A DNA stretch of 60,526 nt, filler included, from Platydemus manokwari (taxonomy: Eukaryota), in the NCBI GenBank assembly GCA_037951405.1. It is 5 parts of 5 records of this genome, joined end to end, with 100 filler letters (N's around TTAATTAATTAA, not from the genome) between each part and the next. Parts side by side here need not be neighbours in the genome. Positions count along the whole stretch, not along the records: positions 9,905 to 28,377 come from JBBMOY010388888.1; 4 more parts are not named here. The stretch is one strand, 5' to 3'. Both the position numbers and the translations under genes were made by a program. Positions 12,782-25,900 of the stretch are shown here, piece after piece. Numbering within the stretch: position 1 is the first letter of the stretch; each line of letters starts with the position of its first letter. The notes beneath the pieces are model-generated. The model was not told the DNA's origin. It ran no database searches and worked only from the letters and a program-made list of their open reading frames with translations.

Positions 12782-15700
12782 CGAGAATAGAGGTCTGCCA
12801 GCATAGAGTTCAAACATGACACATCCAACTGACCAAATGTCAACAGATCTGCCCCAGCCAATTTCTGAAATAGTTATTTATATATTAAATACTATTATAT
12901 ATATTATCAAAGGCATCGTCTAAGATGAAGAATTAATTATTCAAATATCTTGAAGATCATAAAAAACTTAAAATAATCACCAAGTATTAATAATATTGAT
13001 GAAAACCATTCTCGAAAGACAGAAAGAAAAATTGATAAAATATTTAGAATCTTATATTAATCACTTTCGTCATCTGCTGATTTCCCCGATGATTCTAAAA
13101 TCATGGTTAATGATGCTTGATTGATCCAGGCTATTGTGAATAATTGTCAATTTTGTCGTAACCTATTGATAAAAGTTCAAGAATATTTGTGCGTTATATT
13201 GTTTGGTTTTACCACCCACCGATCACTTATACCTACTTATAGTGATTTGTGTAACTGAGGATTCTATCTCTTTAACCCAAAGACTAATGACGTGTCTATT
13301 CCGAAAAAGATCAGTGCAGATAATTCGGTCAAATACATGTTTATTTGTTCATATCTCCCAGGAAATTTAGGGATTTTTAAATTCAATTTCAGTCGAGAAA
13401 ATTGTTTAAAATAAGTATTTTATATGGCCTTACATCATTAGAAATTGGTGCAGCTTTAACCAATGAAACATTTTCTTTGATTTCACCAGATATCTTACAG
13501 GCTGATTAAATATAATAATTACAGACATCCAGATCTTCTAGGAGGTAATCTTCATTTATGGTAATCCTAGGTCTTATTTGAGGAGGTTAGTTACAAAGAT
13601 TTTATGGTTTTTAATTTATTCTGATACCTGTATATGTATATCGATCCAATTCATAATGGCGATGACTTATAAAATTTGTTGGATGAAAACTATCTCCGAC
13701 AAATTAACTGAGTTTCTAACCTTATTAATTATCTTGAAATACAACATTTAATTTTGTCATGATTAATCATGACAGCTGAATTAATTCATATTATAAATCA
13801 GCAACTCGATAAAATAGCCCTTTGAGAATTTGGAATCACATTGCACACATTAACCGGGTGATAATGAAACTTCGTTAAATTCATTGAGATTGAGCGATCC
13901 CAAAACAGAATTCAAATTCGTATGAACGATTCTGTTTGCCATAATAAAGTGTTACTTTGATAAATTTACGGATAACGCAGATTGCCGATTTTTATCCTCA
14001 TAAATAGCTAACTAGGAATAATTCAAACCTAATAGCTCTTGTTATTAGTTGGAATGTCAGATACAACGGCATAGTCTATGGTGGCTTCATCGTCATTTAT
14101 GCTTGATACTTAATTCATCGTGCTAGGCTTAATACATTGCTTGTCAGTGGAAGCATCTCTGTAAATGACACCATTAATAGCAACGCCAATGTTGAGTCAT
14201 TGATACATGTACTTCAGCCTTGTGTTCTGTGCCTTTCGTTTATTTTTCACTGGCACTATGATTGCTTGACACTTGTCCATTAATTTTTCCATTTTATCAA
14301 TTTGAAAATGAGTATACGATCATCATTGGAGACCATTGGGCCATAGGAAGACTGTTAAGATACAAACTAAGTATCTTGAACTGAGAAATATGCAACATTT
14401 TGCTAGGTTCTAGTATCATTATCCAGCTGATGTTATTTCTATAATGCTGAATAAGTCTGATTTAAAAGCCTAGTAAGAGATCCATTAACGCAGCTACCAC
14501 GTGGACTACAAAAAGCAATGATAACACTCACCAGATATTTTTCTTCTAATTTCTGATATTACTGAATATATTGCGAAAATTCCATGCTATCTTTGTACTT
14601 GAACTATTAATATTTAAGGAAGTGATTCGAGTGACTGAAGAAATCAATTCACTCAAAAATCAGAAACAGATAGAATCTCCAAACAATTCCATTTTAAACT
14701 CAATCACCCGGTGCGACAATACAAGTCAACCCAAACTCAATTTTCATTATAAATTCTGGGCATCGCATTTGGAATTATACATTCTCATTTACCAATGTAC
14801 TTCAAGTCTCTTTTAAATGTGACATTCACGTTTTGTACATCACACCAGATAGTGGTCTGGCATTCATACTTTTAGAAATATATGGATTTGATAAAGCTAT
14901 GGTTCAGATTCGATCTTTTATAAAATTCATAAACCGTGCATTCGTCAATTTCTCGAGAATATATCACATTATCTAGAATAAATTATGGGTATATATCGTA
15001 TGTAATTGCATAATAACAAAGTGTCAACTATATGATTTATATTTTGCGTTCAAAATGTGATAGAAGAATCTGAACAAACGCATCACATGATAGAGTGCCT
15101 TGATTGTGAGTAAGTCTCTATAAGGTCCAAGGGTAAATTACCCACATATTCAAAATGCCAGTGCAGTGATATTTCAATAAAGATATATTTTTAGAGTATG
15201 AACACCTCCCGCGTGACAGGGGTAATTTTATTTCTATTTTTTAATATTTTAATTCATATTTAGCTTTCAATAACTAATCTCTGAAAGAATAATTTATACC
15301 CAAATAAACTTCAGGTGGTCTGTAATACCGCGTGACAATCACTTTAGGTTTTGAATCAGTTCCGCATATTCCATTCCCAAGATCAATTAAAACAATGTGA
15401 GTATCCACAGGCGTTTTAATCAAAGAATTCGAATGTAGACTGGGTATATATTTGTATTCTTTGGTAATAAATAACAAATTTTCAGGCTTGATATCAGTAT
15501 GGACAATCACCAGCCTGTGGAGATAATCTACAGCTCTCCACAACTGGCAGGAAATACGTCTAACATCTCCCAGCTTCATTCCATGATGATTGATTGATTT
15601 CTTAAAATGAAAGAACGGAAATTAAACATATGGAAAATCAAACAATTCCTAACCAAATAGTTGTAGAGATCATCCCCATATTGAGGGAATATTAGCATAA

Positions 15701-17473
15701 TGTGTGAATCTATTTCAAACCAATCCTTTAGTATTATCACGAAACTTAATTAAAGTGACATAAATATAGATATTGTTACCAAAGAAGCATCTCTGATTAT
15801 TCATTCATTGCATTTTACATTCGGACACAATGTTTATTGTAACTTTAAATGAGATCCGTCAAATCAAAATCATTGATAATGGTTTCATAAATTGTCTTTA
15901 TTAATACTGACAATTTGTACTCGATTTTGATATTGATTTTTTTAAATTAAAATAAAAAATCATTAAAATTATTGACAGAACATTTATTTCTAACATCAAT
16001 TATAAAATATATTATCTGAAGGTTATATGAGTATGCAGGTTAATTAAATTAGTGGAAGAAATCAGGTCGTTACGGAATTACAAGAAATTAAATTTTCGAA
16101 ACTTAGACAGTAAAAGATTTTATTTAACAGGATTTTTAAGTTATTAAAATTATTCAGATGAAATCTAGTGAATATATTGCATTGAATGAAACAAAATGAT
16201 TTTTGATAAAAATTAATGGGATAATGTATGATTTGATTCAAACAAATTAAATACTGACCAATAAATAGATTTATAAACAAGACTACTTTTTAATAACATT
16301 CTAACGAAAAATTCTTGAAGTTTATTATTACTTTCTAAAATTACAATCTGTTAACTATTATGTTAATATATTTTCTATTATAATGACTAAATACCTATTA
16401 TATCAACAGCCTGAATATAAGGTATTCTTGTTAATTCCTTCAAGATATTGCTATTCATATCGGAGCATTTTAACACTGAATATATTTTTAATTATTCAAT
16501 CCTTTTTATCCATCCACACACCGTTTATAAATTTGCAGTTGACAACAGCTTAAATAGTCAAGTGCCAGTAACAATCTTTTCTCAAAATTATTGATTAAAA
16601 GTTGGACACAACAAATACAAATTTTCATTCATTTAACATTTGTTTTTGAGTAATTTCTAGACGTTAATTTATTAATTTATTTTAACAAAATACTCGAAAT
16701 ATCGTCTAATTCATTGATTTCCAAAGTGGGCACTGCAAGGATCCAGAGGGTCAGTGGTGAATACAAGCTCATTTGGGTGTGATATTACTATAAGAATGTA
16801 AGAAAATGATTATTAAAATTTTGATGTATCTCGTTTGCTCGAAACGTTTAATTTGTCTTTAAATAACGTACCTTACGTTCTCACTAATTTTTATTGAAGT
16901 ATGTGTAATTGCGCACGCAATGCTACTCCTTGTGAGCTTTGTCACTTGCACCACCGAAGTCTGGTAGTAGAGCGGTAGCATTTCTAGGATTCCTCGTTTG
17001 GGTTAGTTTCGGAGCGCTAAGTAATATTTATTCTGAGAAGGGGGTACGCCCGAAAAGTTTGGGAATCACTGGTTTAATTTATTAAATTAAAAGATAGCAT
17101 TGGAACACTACCAAGACTACTTAAATTTTTCTTTGTTTTCCCATGGTTTGTTTAGCGATATAAACTGGAAATAAGAACGTTTTCGATCACAGAGTTTTAC
17201 AATTACGAAAAAAACAATTTATATAAAATTACTTTTCACCATTGGGATCAAATTTTTTGATTTTCTTTAATAATTCGATTTCGTGTTTGGCTAAACGACG
17301 ATATTTTTCATCTTTCCTATTGACTTTTATCGCTACCAGTTCGTCATTTCTAATGTTTTATTTTCTAGATTGTTATTACTTTCCATTTTTATTATTCACA
17401 ACTTACGATTTTTTATCAATGTATGACATCACTTTTCCAAACGTACCTTCTCCTAGTATATTCTTATAATAAT
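12782..17473 (-). CDS. CLK/LAMMER (Doa-like) CMGC protein kinase, partial (subdomains I-IX)
   Basis: Five phase-consistent GT-AG exons: 17407-17473 (LGEGTFGKV), 17233-17349 (VAIKV...AKHEIELLKKI), 15654-15744 (DWFEIDSHIMLIFP), 15300-15600 (IVHTDIKPENLL, LIDLG, TRYYRPPEV) and 12782-12864 (IGWGRSVDIWSVGCVMFELY). Start and C-terminal exons were not located. Confidence 0.88.
12960..15215 (-). pseudogene. Decayed coding-like insertion in kinase intron, possibly viral/retroelement glycoprotein
   Basis: ~2.2 kb less AT-rich block with long minus-strand frames broken by stops (e.g. DECTVYEFYKRSNLNHSF...YECQTTIWCDVQNVNVTF), ending in a hydrophobic stretch; no diagnostic motif recognised. Confidence 0.3.
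16752..17071. mobile_element. hAT-Charlie-like MITE in kinase intron
   Basis: Right end GGGGGTACGCCCGAAAAGTTTGGGAATCACTG matches Charlie-type termini; the left CAGTGGT at 16752 is an imperfect partner. Confidence 0.5.
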
Positions 17474-19431
17474 CTAAAAATTATACGACGAAAATTAAAA
17501 GACATTCAATTTTGTTTAATTTTTTTTGACTGAAATTAAATGTTTTACAGGAAATTAAATGAAATACTTCTTTATTAACATAATATTTTTGTTTTGTAAT
17601 TTGTTTCAATAAATCATTTGATTGAGAAAAGGTTTCAATTTTATGTCAAACTTTAATTCAATATCGACAAATTGAAACTATTCAGATGTCAATAACAAAT
17701 ATCAGATATCGAAACACAAAATTACTTTTCAAATCATCATTTTAAAAGTATTTTTTTACAAATTCAGTATATGAATTTTGAAAGTCAAAAGCTAAATTTA
17801 AATTTGTTTATTAAAAAAACGTCAAGCGATATTGAATAAGTAATGTTTGAAAGAAAGACAAGCACAAGTTTTACGAAGGCGTAAAAATATTTATTTGTGG
17901 AGTTATACACATCTAATGTGACATATTATGAATCAAACGATAAGACATTGATATGTTAAACACTAAAAAGCTTTTTAGCGAACTCGTGCTTCTTATATAT
18001 AAGTTGATGAATGATTAAATTTAGAAGAAATTTCCCTTCTATTGTCTCGTCATGACACAAATAATAATAAAATCTCCATTTCTAAAAACAATCAATGAGA
18101 TGATTTCTAAGATATGTCGATAATATTGGAAAATTGCTTTCTTCACTACTTTGGTCCAACTCGGGTATGAACACTTCATTCGATCCAGAAAAAATAGTGA
18201 TATAAACCAATTAGTTAGAATGTTAATCAAAATTTAAACCTAAATATTGATTAAAACCACTTATTATGTTTTTTGCACATCTTTTTTGTTTTGAATTTGA
18301 AATTTTAACTAATTAAAAGGAGATATTAATTTAACTCTTCCAAATGAGTGAAATTATTTATACTAATTGATGGTTAGAAAGATAAGATAATACAAACCAG
18401 AATATTTTCAAAGTAACATTATCTATTAAAATCTATAGCTATTGTATGTGAATACTTATCAACATTTATTTAATATCCCAAAATAACTATGCAAACCAAT
18501 ATTGCAAACCAATTGAACAGTGCATTTAAAAGTATTCACTATTGATAATAATTTCAAAACAATTTGTTTGTCGATTAATATATACAACAGAACACATAAT
18601 ATTACGATATTTAATCAATACTGTTGTATTGAGCACAAGCCAAATATTTTCAAATCTTTAAAATTAATAATTGCTTATGATATAATTTATTCATATTTAT
18701 GAATTAAATAAATTTTAACAGTCACGAAAACTTGACGTCTTATTTAGTAGAAAGATATGAAATTAAAAAAAAGTATCTTCTAATTAATTAATTAAAGTAT
18801 TAAAAAAATTTTGCTAGGATTTGGCGAAAAAGTCACATATCTACTGCAAGGCTTTTGGATCTTATGATAATGAAAGTGATAAGGTCAGATAAAGATAATC
18901 TAACTGAGCATTATCATAATTTTCAGGTGGTGTGTAGTGCTATGATTTAAATCATCCTGAGTGAATGCTTAGACAAATCTTTACTGCACAACTCAGATCA
19001 CAGTCGTAACTGAGTTAAACACATTTTATCACTATTACCATTGATTTTTATCATCTTTATAATGGTCAATATTTTTAATGTTTTCTATTAAGTTTCCACC
19101 AATTCCGAAACAGGGAGTTTTACAATTACTACTCGATGGATAGCTTGTCATCTGTGGATTTAAACGGCCTACCAATCTATCTCTAATTCCGGATTGATTG
19201 TACTTCTAACGATTACAATAAGGTAAGAACCTGTACGGTTCAATAATATTATAATCCTAAAGAGTCTAGAGGTCACTAAAATTCACTTCTATATCCATGC
19301 AAGTGACAATTGGATATGTTTCATTTGTTATTTATTATAGGATAACGTTTGAGGATCTGGAAATACACTCAACTGAACCACACAAACTAATCCAAACACA
19401 TTGTATATGTTAATCCAATCATATATTTTCT

Positions 19432-19620
19432 AAGTAGCTACTATTTTATAAAAGATACATCGAAAACGAACTGAAAAGTCACGACAACAAATTATGTTGT
19501 GAAATACAATTATATAAACAAATCAATATAATTTTATATTAAATTAAATTCTATACAAAATCAAATGTTCAAAAATTTAATTCAATTTAATATTTTCACA
19601 TACTTGATTTAATTAAGTAC
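19432..19620. repeat. Interspersed repeat with copies at ~9980-10090 (direct) and ~26300-26480 (inverted)
   Basis: Shared core AAAACGAACTGAAAAGTCA; the 19.4 kb and 26.4 kb copies also share the flanking GCTACTATTTT. Confidence 0.6.
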
Positions 19621-20583
19621 ATGAATATTAAAATTACATAGAAATTCTTCTTGTTAAAGAAAGCTATCATCATAGTTTATCAGTGATGAAAAAATCTCTT
19701 CTTTCGGCTATAATTTTCGGTATTAAGATTTCCATTAACAAAAATAATCCAATAAATATGTCTCCTCATATCCTGATCCACACCATCACTTTATCTACAT
19801 TCTGAATATTCATCGAATTTAACTAATGAATGTTACCATTGCTCCAGTATAGTAGGCATTATTGACTAACCTTATTGACTTTAAATCCCCTTCATTATTG
19901 AACAATATCCTGATTGGGACCTGTATAGTTGAAATTCATCATCTAAATACAATACCATATGCAATTTGCATGACTCGGATTTATTTTTTTTATCAAAGTA
20001 CAGGTGATATTTGATTATCAACCACCGATTTCTGCACACATTTGTCATATACCTCTTAATGAACATAAGTGTTTTAAAGCATTAAGAATATCTTAGGTAT
20101 ATTGGTTGCACTTTTTAATCTTATTTTCCTTGATCTGTAGCACCTCTTATTTGTTGTAAACTTTACAATAAATTTTACTAAATGATTATGTGTGATATTA
20201 GTTATCAATGTGTCCTGAACTGACTTTTAGAATGATTTCAATTTTGTTTTTATTTATCAAACACATTTTCTATTTTCTGAATTATTAAAAAACGTTAAAA
20301 TCCACCCAGTAATATGGTGCATCAATAATTTTTAATAAGAAGAATCAGTATCAGAGCTGACTTGTTGAAATTATCCTGAATCCGTCTCTTCAAACCTAGT
20401 CACAAAGTAATTTCAATATTAATCGTTAAAATAAGATCTAAAATTGAACTCATACTGTGAACCAATTAATTAAGACAAAATCAAAATAATATAAAATTAC
20501 GAAATAATAATATTTCAAATTATATTTTCAAGCTTAACTATTGATGATTCAATTAATTTCAATTTAAATCGAAATCTTTTTCT

Positions 20584-22964
20584 TTAATCCGATTGAAACT
20601 CGTCATTATCTATTTTATGAAGAATTTCATTAAAATTTTTTTCGAAAGAGGATATCCTGCAAATTAACAGTTTTCTAATACAGATATCTAATGATGTTTC
20701 CCTGTAAACAAGAAGGATTGTGTGAAGAAAAATAATTTCATAATTCCTCATTTAGTCTGAGATAAACTCGTTTATTTATCAATCATTTCTTATTAAATCC
20801 TTTAAGAAAGTAATTTCAATTAGACTTGTAATTTTAGCTTGCGATATTAATTTGAACAACTTTTACTTCAATTTTAATAAATATTTCTAAATGAATTGAA
20901 GTTTCTAATTACTCTCTGTGAGGAATGAGCATCAGTTTCAATATCCTGTAACAGACAGTATAGAAACATAAGGACTTAAACTAGATTCACTATATATAGT
21001 TGGATACTGAATCATATCATAATAACAACAATAATAATAATACAGCTAAATTAATTAAAAATTTATTTAAATCATTATTTAAATATTTTAATTTATGAAA
21101 AAACGATGAAACTTTTATGCAGAATTCTTAATGGTCACTCACTAGTTTAAAAGCTGTACTGATTTCAAAATATTCAAGTCAAGTTCAGAAAAACCTTATG
21201 AAAAACGTATGATAGAAAATAAGTTTATCACAAATAAAAAATTTACTTTAATTTTTTTTAATACACACTAATAAGATGATAGAAATAAAATTTTGTTGCA
21301 ACCTATGAGTTAATTACAATCCAATTATTATTTTTGAGTCTATACTAACTGCACAGACATACCTTGTATCAATCCTGGACTTATCTGACTTCTTGTCAAA
21401 TCCAGTTCTTACATCACTATTTTCTGCTAAATGTTCTAATGACGATAGCCACTTTTTGCTTTTCGTTATGTACTAATTTGACATTTAGTCATCATAATTA
21501 TACTTTTATATACACGATTCAGCTCAAATATTCAATGTTCATGTTTGTTTTATTTTATAAACACCATCAAATATTAAACAATAATTTTTATTGTGGTTTC
21601 TCATTTTGTTTGTTGTTGATTTTGATTGCTATTACTTTGATTTATATACTGTTGGTGCAGATAAATAATTTTTTCATACCTTTCGCATCGAAAAAACAAC
21701 GAATATTCCATCGAAAATAGAATTTGTAAAATAAAATGACACTCATTATTAAATTATGATAATTTCTAATTAGGATATATATTAGTATTTCACAATAATA
21801 CACTCGAATTTTGAAATTATAGTTATCAATCAAATCCAAACTACGTATGACATAAGATAAAACCATAACAAGAATTCAAATCTTACACCGATCTTTTATG
21901 GGATTTATTTTTATTGATCTTATAAATTCATCTTCTTGGTTTTGTAAAAGCTCCTTTTCCTATAGAAATGGATTTATTTTTATTAGAATGTTTCTATTTT
22001 CCAAAATTTACAAAACCATTTTCATTTCTGTTTGACCTTCTGATTCGAATTTTGATATCCTTTCGGTATGTGATACGGTTTTGGATTTACTTTTCATCGC
22101 ATCACTATCATCAAATATTTTATCTCTTTCTAATAAATCAGGTAATCTCTGTCTCGATACCAGTTGTACATCTAACATTTCTATCTAACAAAATCATTAT
22201 ACATACACGACCGTTATTAATAATTAAATTTATAACCTTATTAAAAATTAAATCATTCGAAGTTCCGGATTGATTCAAATAATTGGAATCATGAATGCTA
22301 CTCTGTAGATTTTCAGCCAATAACATTTCAAAGTTTGAGTGGTCAGTCTGAAAGATAAATATTTTATTATATTTTCTTGAATTATTAAGCTCACTCTTGG
22401 CTCGCCATTGAATACATCTGTTACATTCTCTGTTGGAATGATAATTTCTGGAATTGATAATAATTCATCATTCAATGGCAATTGTTGAGAAAATTGATCA
22501 GCATGATAGTTTCGGTATATTTTGCCGTCATCACGTATCTTCTCATGGGTTTTCTTTTTCATCGACGGAAACGATTCAATACTCGACTGTTTGTGATGTC
22601 GAAAACATCTAGTAAAACAATTTATAGTGTTTTTGGAATGTTTAGATGATTTTTTATTGTTGTTTGCAAATACATTCTTCTCAAATGTTGATGACTCTTC
22701 AACTATTTCATCTTCGAATATACTGATGATTTTCTTTTTGAAAATAAATTCTTCCTCGATTATAAACGTGCTACGTTTGAATCGTTTTCCTTGATATTTA
22801 TTTTCATTAGAATATTTTCTATTTGGAAAACAATTCCGTGATAAATGTTTCTCGATTGATGACAGCAATTTATTACTGGAAAATAAATTTAAGTGAGATT
22901 TCATTAAATTGGTGTTTTTGTCAATGAAACGCTGGTTGTCTTTGAAATTTATCTTAAAAGCCAT
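20584..22964 (-). CDS. Multi-exon protein-coding gene of unknown function (hydrophilic, S/K/E/N-rich)
   Basis: ATG at 22964 opens a ~190-codon exon; short GT-AG introns (e.g. GTGAGC...CTTTCAG ~22349-22395) keep the frame through TDHSNFEMLLAENLQ, IEMLDVQLVSRQRLPDLLERD and EKELLQNQEDEF; a further candidate exon reads KWLSSLEHLAENSDVRTGF. The 3' exon structure is tentative. Confidence 0.6.
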
Positions 22965-23037
22965 GAAAAGTAACTAGAATTATTATTGATTTTTAAAAAT
23001 CAATAAAATAATTTTGCTTATTTTACATTATTAATAT

Positions 23038-23797
23038 TACACTACAACTCCATAAATTGGAACATTCTCAAACTGGACATCCTGAAACTGGAACAATTTG
23101 TAGCTTATATTTTTACCATAATTTTAGGAGAACGGATAATTGTGCTTTGTTTAAATATTGTTGGCCAACATTTTTTTTATTCCGAAAATAAATCAAAGGA
23201 TTCTTGTTCAAATGTTCAAAATGAAAATTGTGAACCGATATCATTGGAAAATGCAGAGAAGTCAATGGCAAGTGTGCTTAAATTCATAGAGAATAATCCT
23301 TGTTTTACAGAAAACTGCCTTATGTAAGCATATGCGTTGCAAAGATAAATAGCTAAGCAGAAATTTCAAAACCTTCTTAATCTTTTTAAAGACACTATAG
23401 AGGCAGCCGAGTATCCAACAAATGAGTTAGTCATTGTTGAATTTCAAGGAGAAGAAGCCAGCACAACAGACGAATAAAGATTTTATTTCATTATAACACC
23501 AACTACCTGTAAAATTAAATATTAATAAAATTTGTTTAAGTAGTCCATGCTTAAAAGAGTATAAAATCACTAGTTATTCAGTTTAGAGAATACCGTTTTT
23601 TTATTTAAGTGTATGAAATGCATTTATTATCTAATTTTAAGCAAATATCTGTAACTATATACATACAGTTAACAAAATACACTTGTCTGATTTGGCAAAT
23701 CTTTTATTTTAACTAAAACTAACTTCTTACCGAAACTGGAACGACACTCCCAAAACCGGAATATTGAACGCGTTCCAGTTTTGGGAATTATATTGTA
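23038..23797 (+). mobile_element. Tigger/pogo-derived non-autonomous DNA transposon
   Basis: Imperfect ~26-bp TIRs (TACACTACAACTCCATAAATTGGAAC vs reverse-complement TACAATATAATTCCCAAAACTGGAAC), subterminal AACTGGAAC repeats, and a Tigger-like C-terminal remnant EPISLENAEKSMASVLKFIE. Confidence 0.6.
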
Positions 23798-24559
23798 TTA
23801 TTATAAATTATTATAATAGTATTATAATTTAAACTTAAAATATAAAAATAAATTAAGAAATCTATCATTGGTTCGCATATGGTAACAATAACATGGTCAT
23901 AACACAAACTAAATAAGATTCTCAAATTATAATCAATTATTATTGCGGGATTTGACAATGTTTTTGAATTAAAGATTGAAATTATGAGAATGTTGAGCAT
24001 TATAATTGTAAATTTATTGAAAAAATAATAAAATTAATTAATAATTACCCCTTTGAGGTTTAGTAGCTGTCTTTAAAAGGCTTCTTTTGGTCCTCCAAAG
24101 AGCAGTATAGAAATGGAAAAAGTTTTGAGATTCTGACATTACTCAAATTCAATAACAATTGTTGTCGACTAAAATCGGAAACGAATTATTAACAATAATC
24201 CTTTATTATTACCTTTTTAAGGATATGTGAAAATGTAGAATTATATTTACGAAATGTATAAATATGTGAAGGACAATATATTTCATGTTCGGTAAAAATG
24301 TTCATAATATCGATGTATATTAGTAAAATTTAATTTGTAGCGAAAAAAGTTGTATAATAATTTTTAATATAAATTCGAAATTAATTATTTTCTATTAGTG
24401 AAAATATTGTGAGAAAAATCCTTTTTAAATCCATTAAAATTAAACCTCATTAAATAAAAAAAAAACAGCAAAAATAAATTCTTTTAAATATCCCGAATAA
24501 TGCCGCATAATTAAAAAATAATGCAACTGCCAAAAATTCCGTAATGAAGAAAAGAGAGA

Positions 24560-25900
24560 AAATTAATCTCTCATTAAAATGAAAAATTGCAAGAATAAAC
24601 ATAATCAATTGGATTATTTTTCAACAGCCAATCAACGAACAAACATCGTATGAACCTCGATTAACAGTAAACATAGCCCATAACTAGAAACCACTAGAAG
24701 TTGTTATTGCACTGAAGAAAATATATACCCTTGTTATTAATTCTTAAACTACTACCAATTGTAAATGCCTAGTATTTTACAGGAAGCTTTCAAGCCATCA
24801 TTTACAACGACCTTCTACATCGATCAAGGTAAAACACCTTTATTTTACAAAGTATTATATCATAAATAATTAAAGTGTACTGAAAGTTCTATTTAGTATT
24901 AAACTTAATGCATACGCATTGCTGTCAATGCCGTTGATATTGTCATCACGAGGCGAAGAAACTCTAAATTTGTTATAGTTACGCATAATGCCTAAAAATC
25001 AAAATCTTTGAGATTTATAATAATTTAATAATGTTAGATCACAAGGCAAACAGAATATTCACGAAAACCATGGAAATAACCATTAAAAGATCGGTACAAA
25101 AGGATTCGACAAACACATGTGCCAATAGCCAATCAGAATCTTCCTATATATCAATCCATATATAAAACTCGATACTATACCAATACCAGGCAAAAAACAT
25201 CGAGTTACACCAATGGTACGAGAGATACACGAAAACTTGCAAACAAACCCATGTGTGAAAAGCAAAGACATCAAGTGAACACACACAATGAGCTTATAAG
25301 GAGTTGGATCTTGCCAGTATTTACCAGTCTTTTTGGTGGGTAACTTATATTCTTTTTTTCTGACAACCAGTCTTTGTAGTTGTCTTCCGTTTTATTGTTT
25401 GATTTTCGGGTGGTAATCTCGTCTTGGGTTGATCATTCTTTGATTAGTTAGAGCGATTTCGATTGTATTTAGATATGATTCGAGTTTATTAATCTATTGT
25501 GATTTACAATTTTAATTTTCAAATATTTATTGCCAATTGATAACCGTAGCAATAGTGATACAAAGAAGGTATACTCTATCATTTAAGATAGATAATCAAG
25601 CTATCTCAAAACCGAATAGCCTCAAACATAACTTACAACGACTGAAAAGAAATCAGCCAATCATAAATCATATAATAAAAAATCATACACCAGAATTCGG
25701 AGAACATTGAGTCACAGATCTCGGTGGTTGACTGAAAGACAGAATTAAAAAAGCTGCTTTTCAAAAGGCATTTCACCAATAATTGCATGAATTGTATCTG
25801 AACCATTTTCATCAGTGAAATATAAATAAATTCAGTTTACGATAGAAGAATAAGCTTCAATAACGAATCCTTAATTATAATTGGAAACACCAAATAACAA
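24560..25900 (+). mobile_element. Possible degenerate non-LTR retrotransposon fragments
   Basis: A-rich plus strand with broken frames and a weak 'TLSH..GG' Zn-knuckle-like remnant near 25703-25730. Confidence 0.25.

Noticed and set aside
19740-20130. Weak Pif1/Helitron helicase-like words (RLVNNA, KFDEY) on the minus strand
   Set aside because: Too degenerate to support without a profile search.
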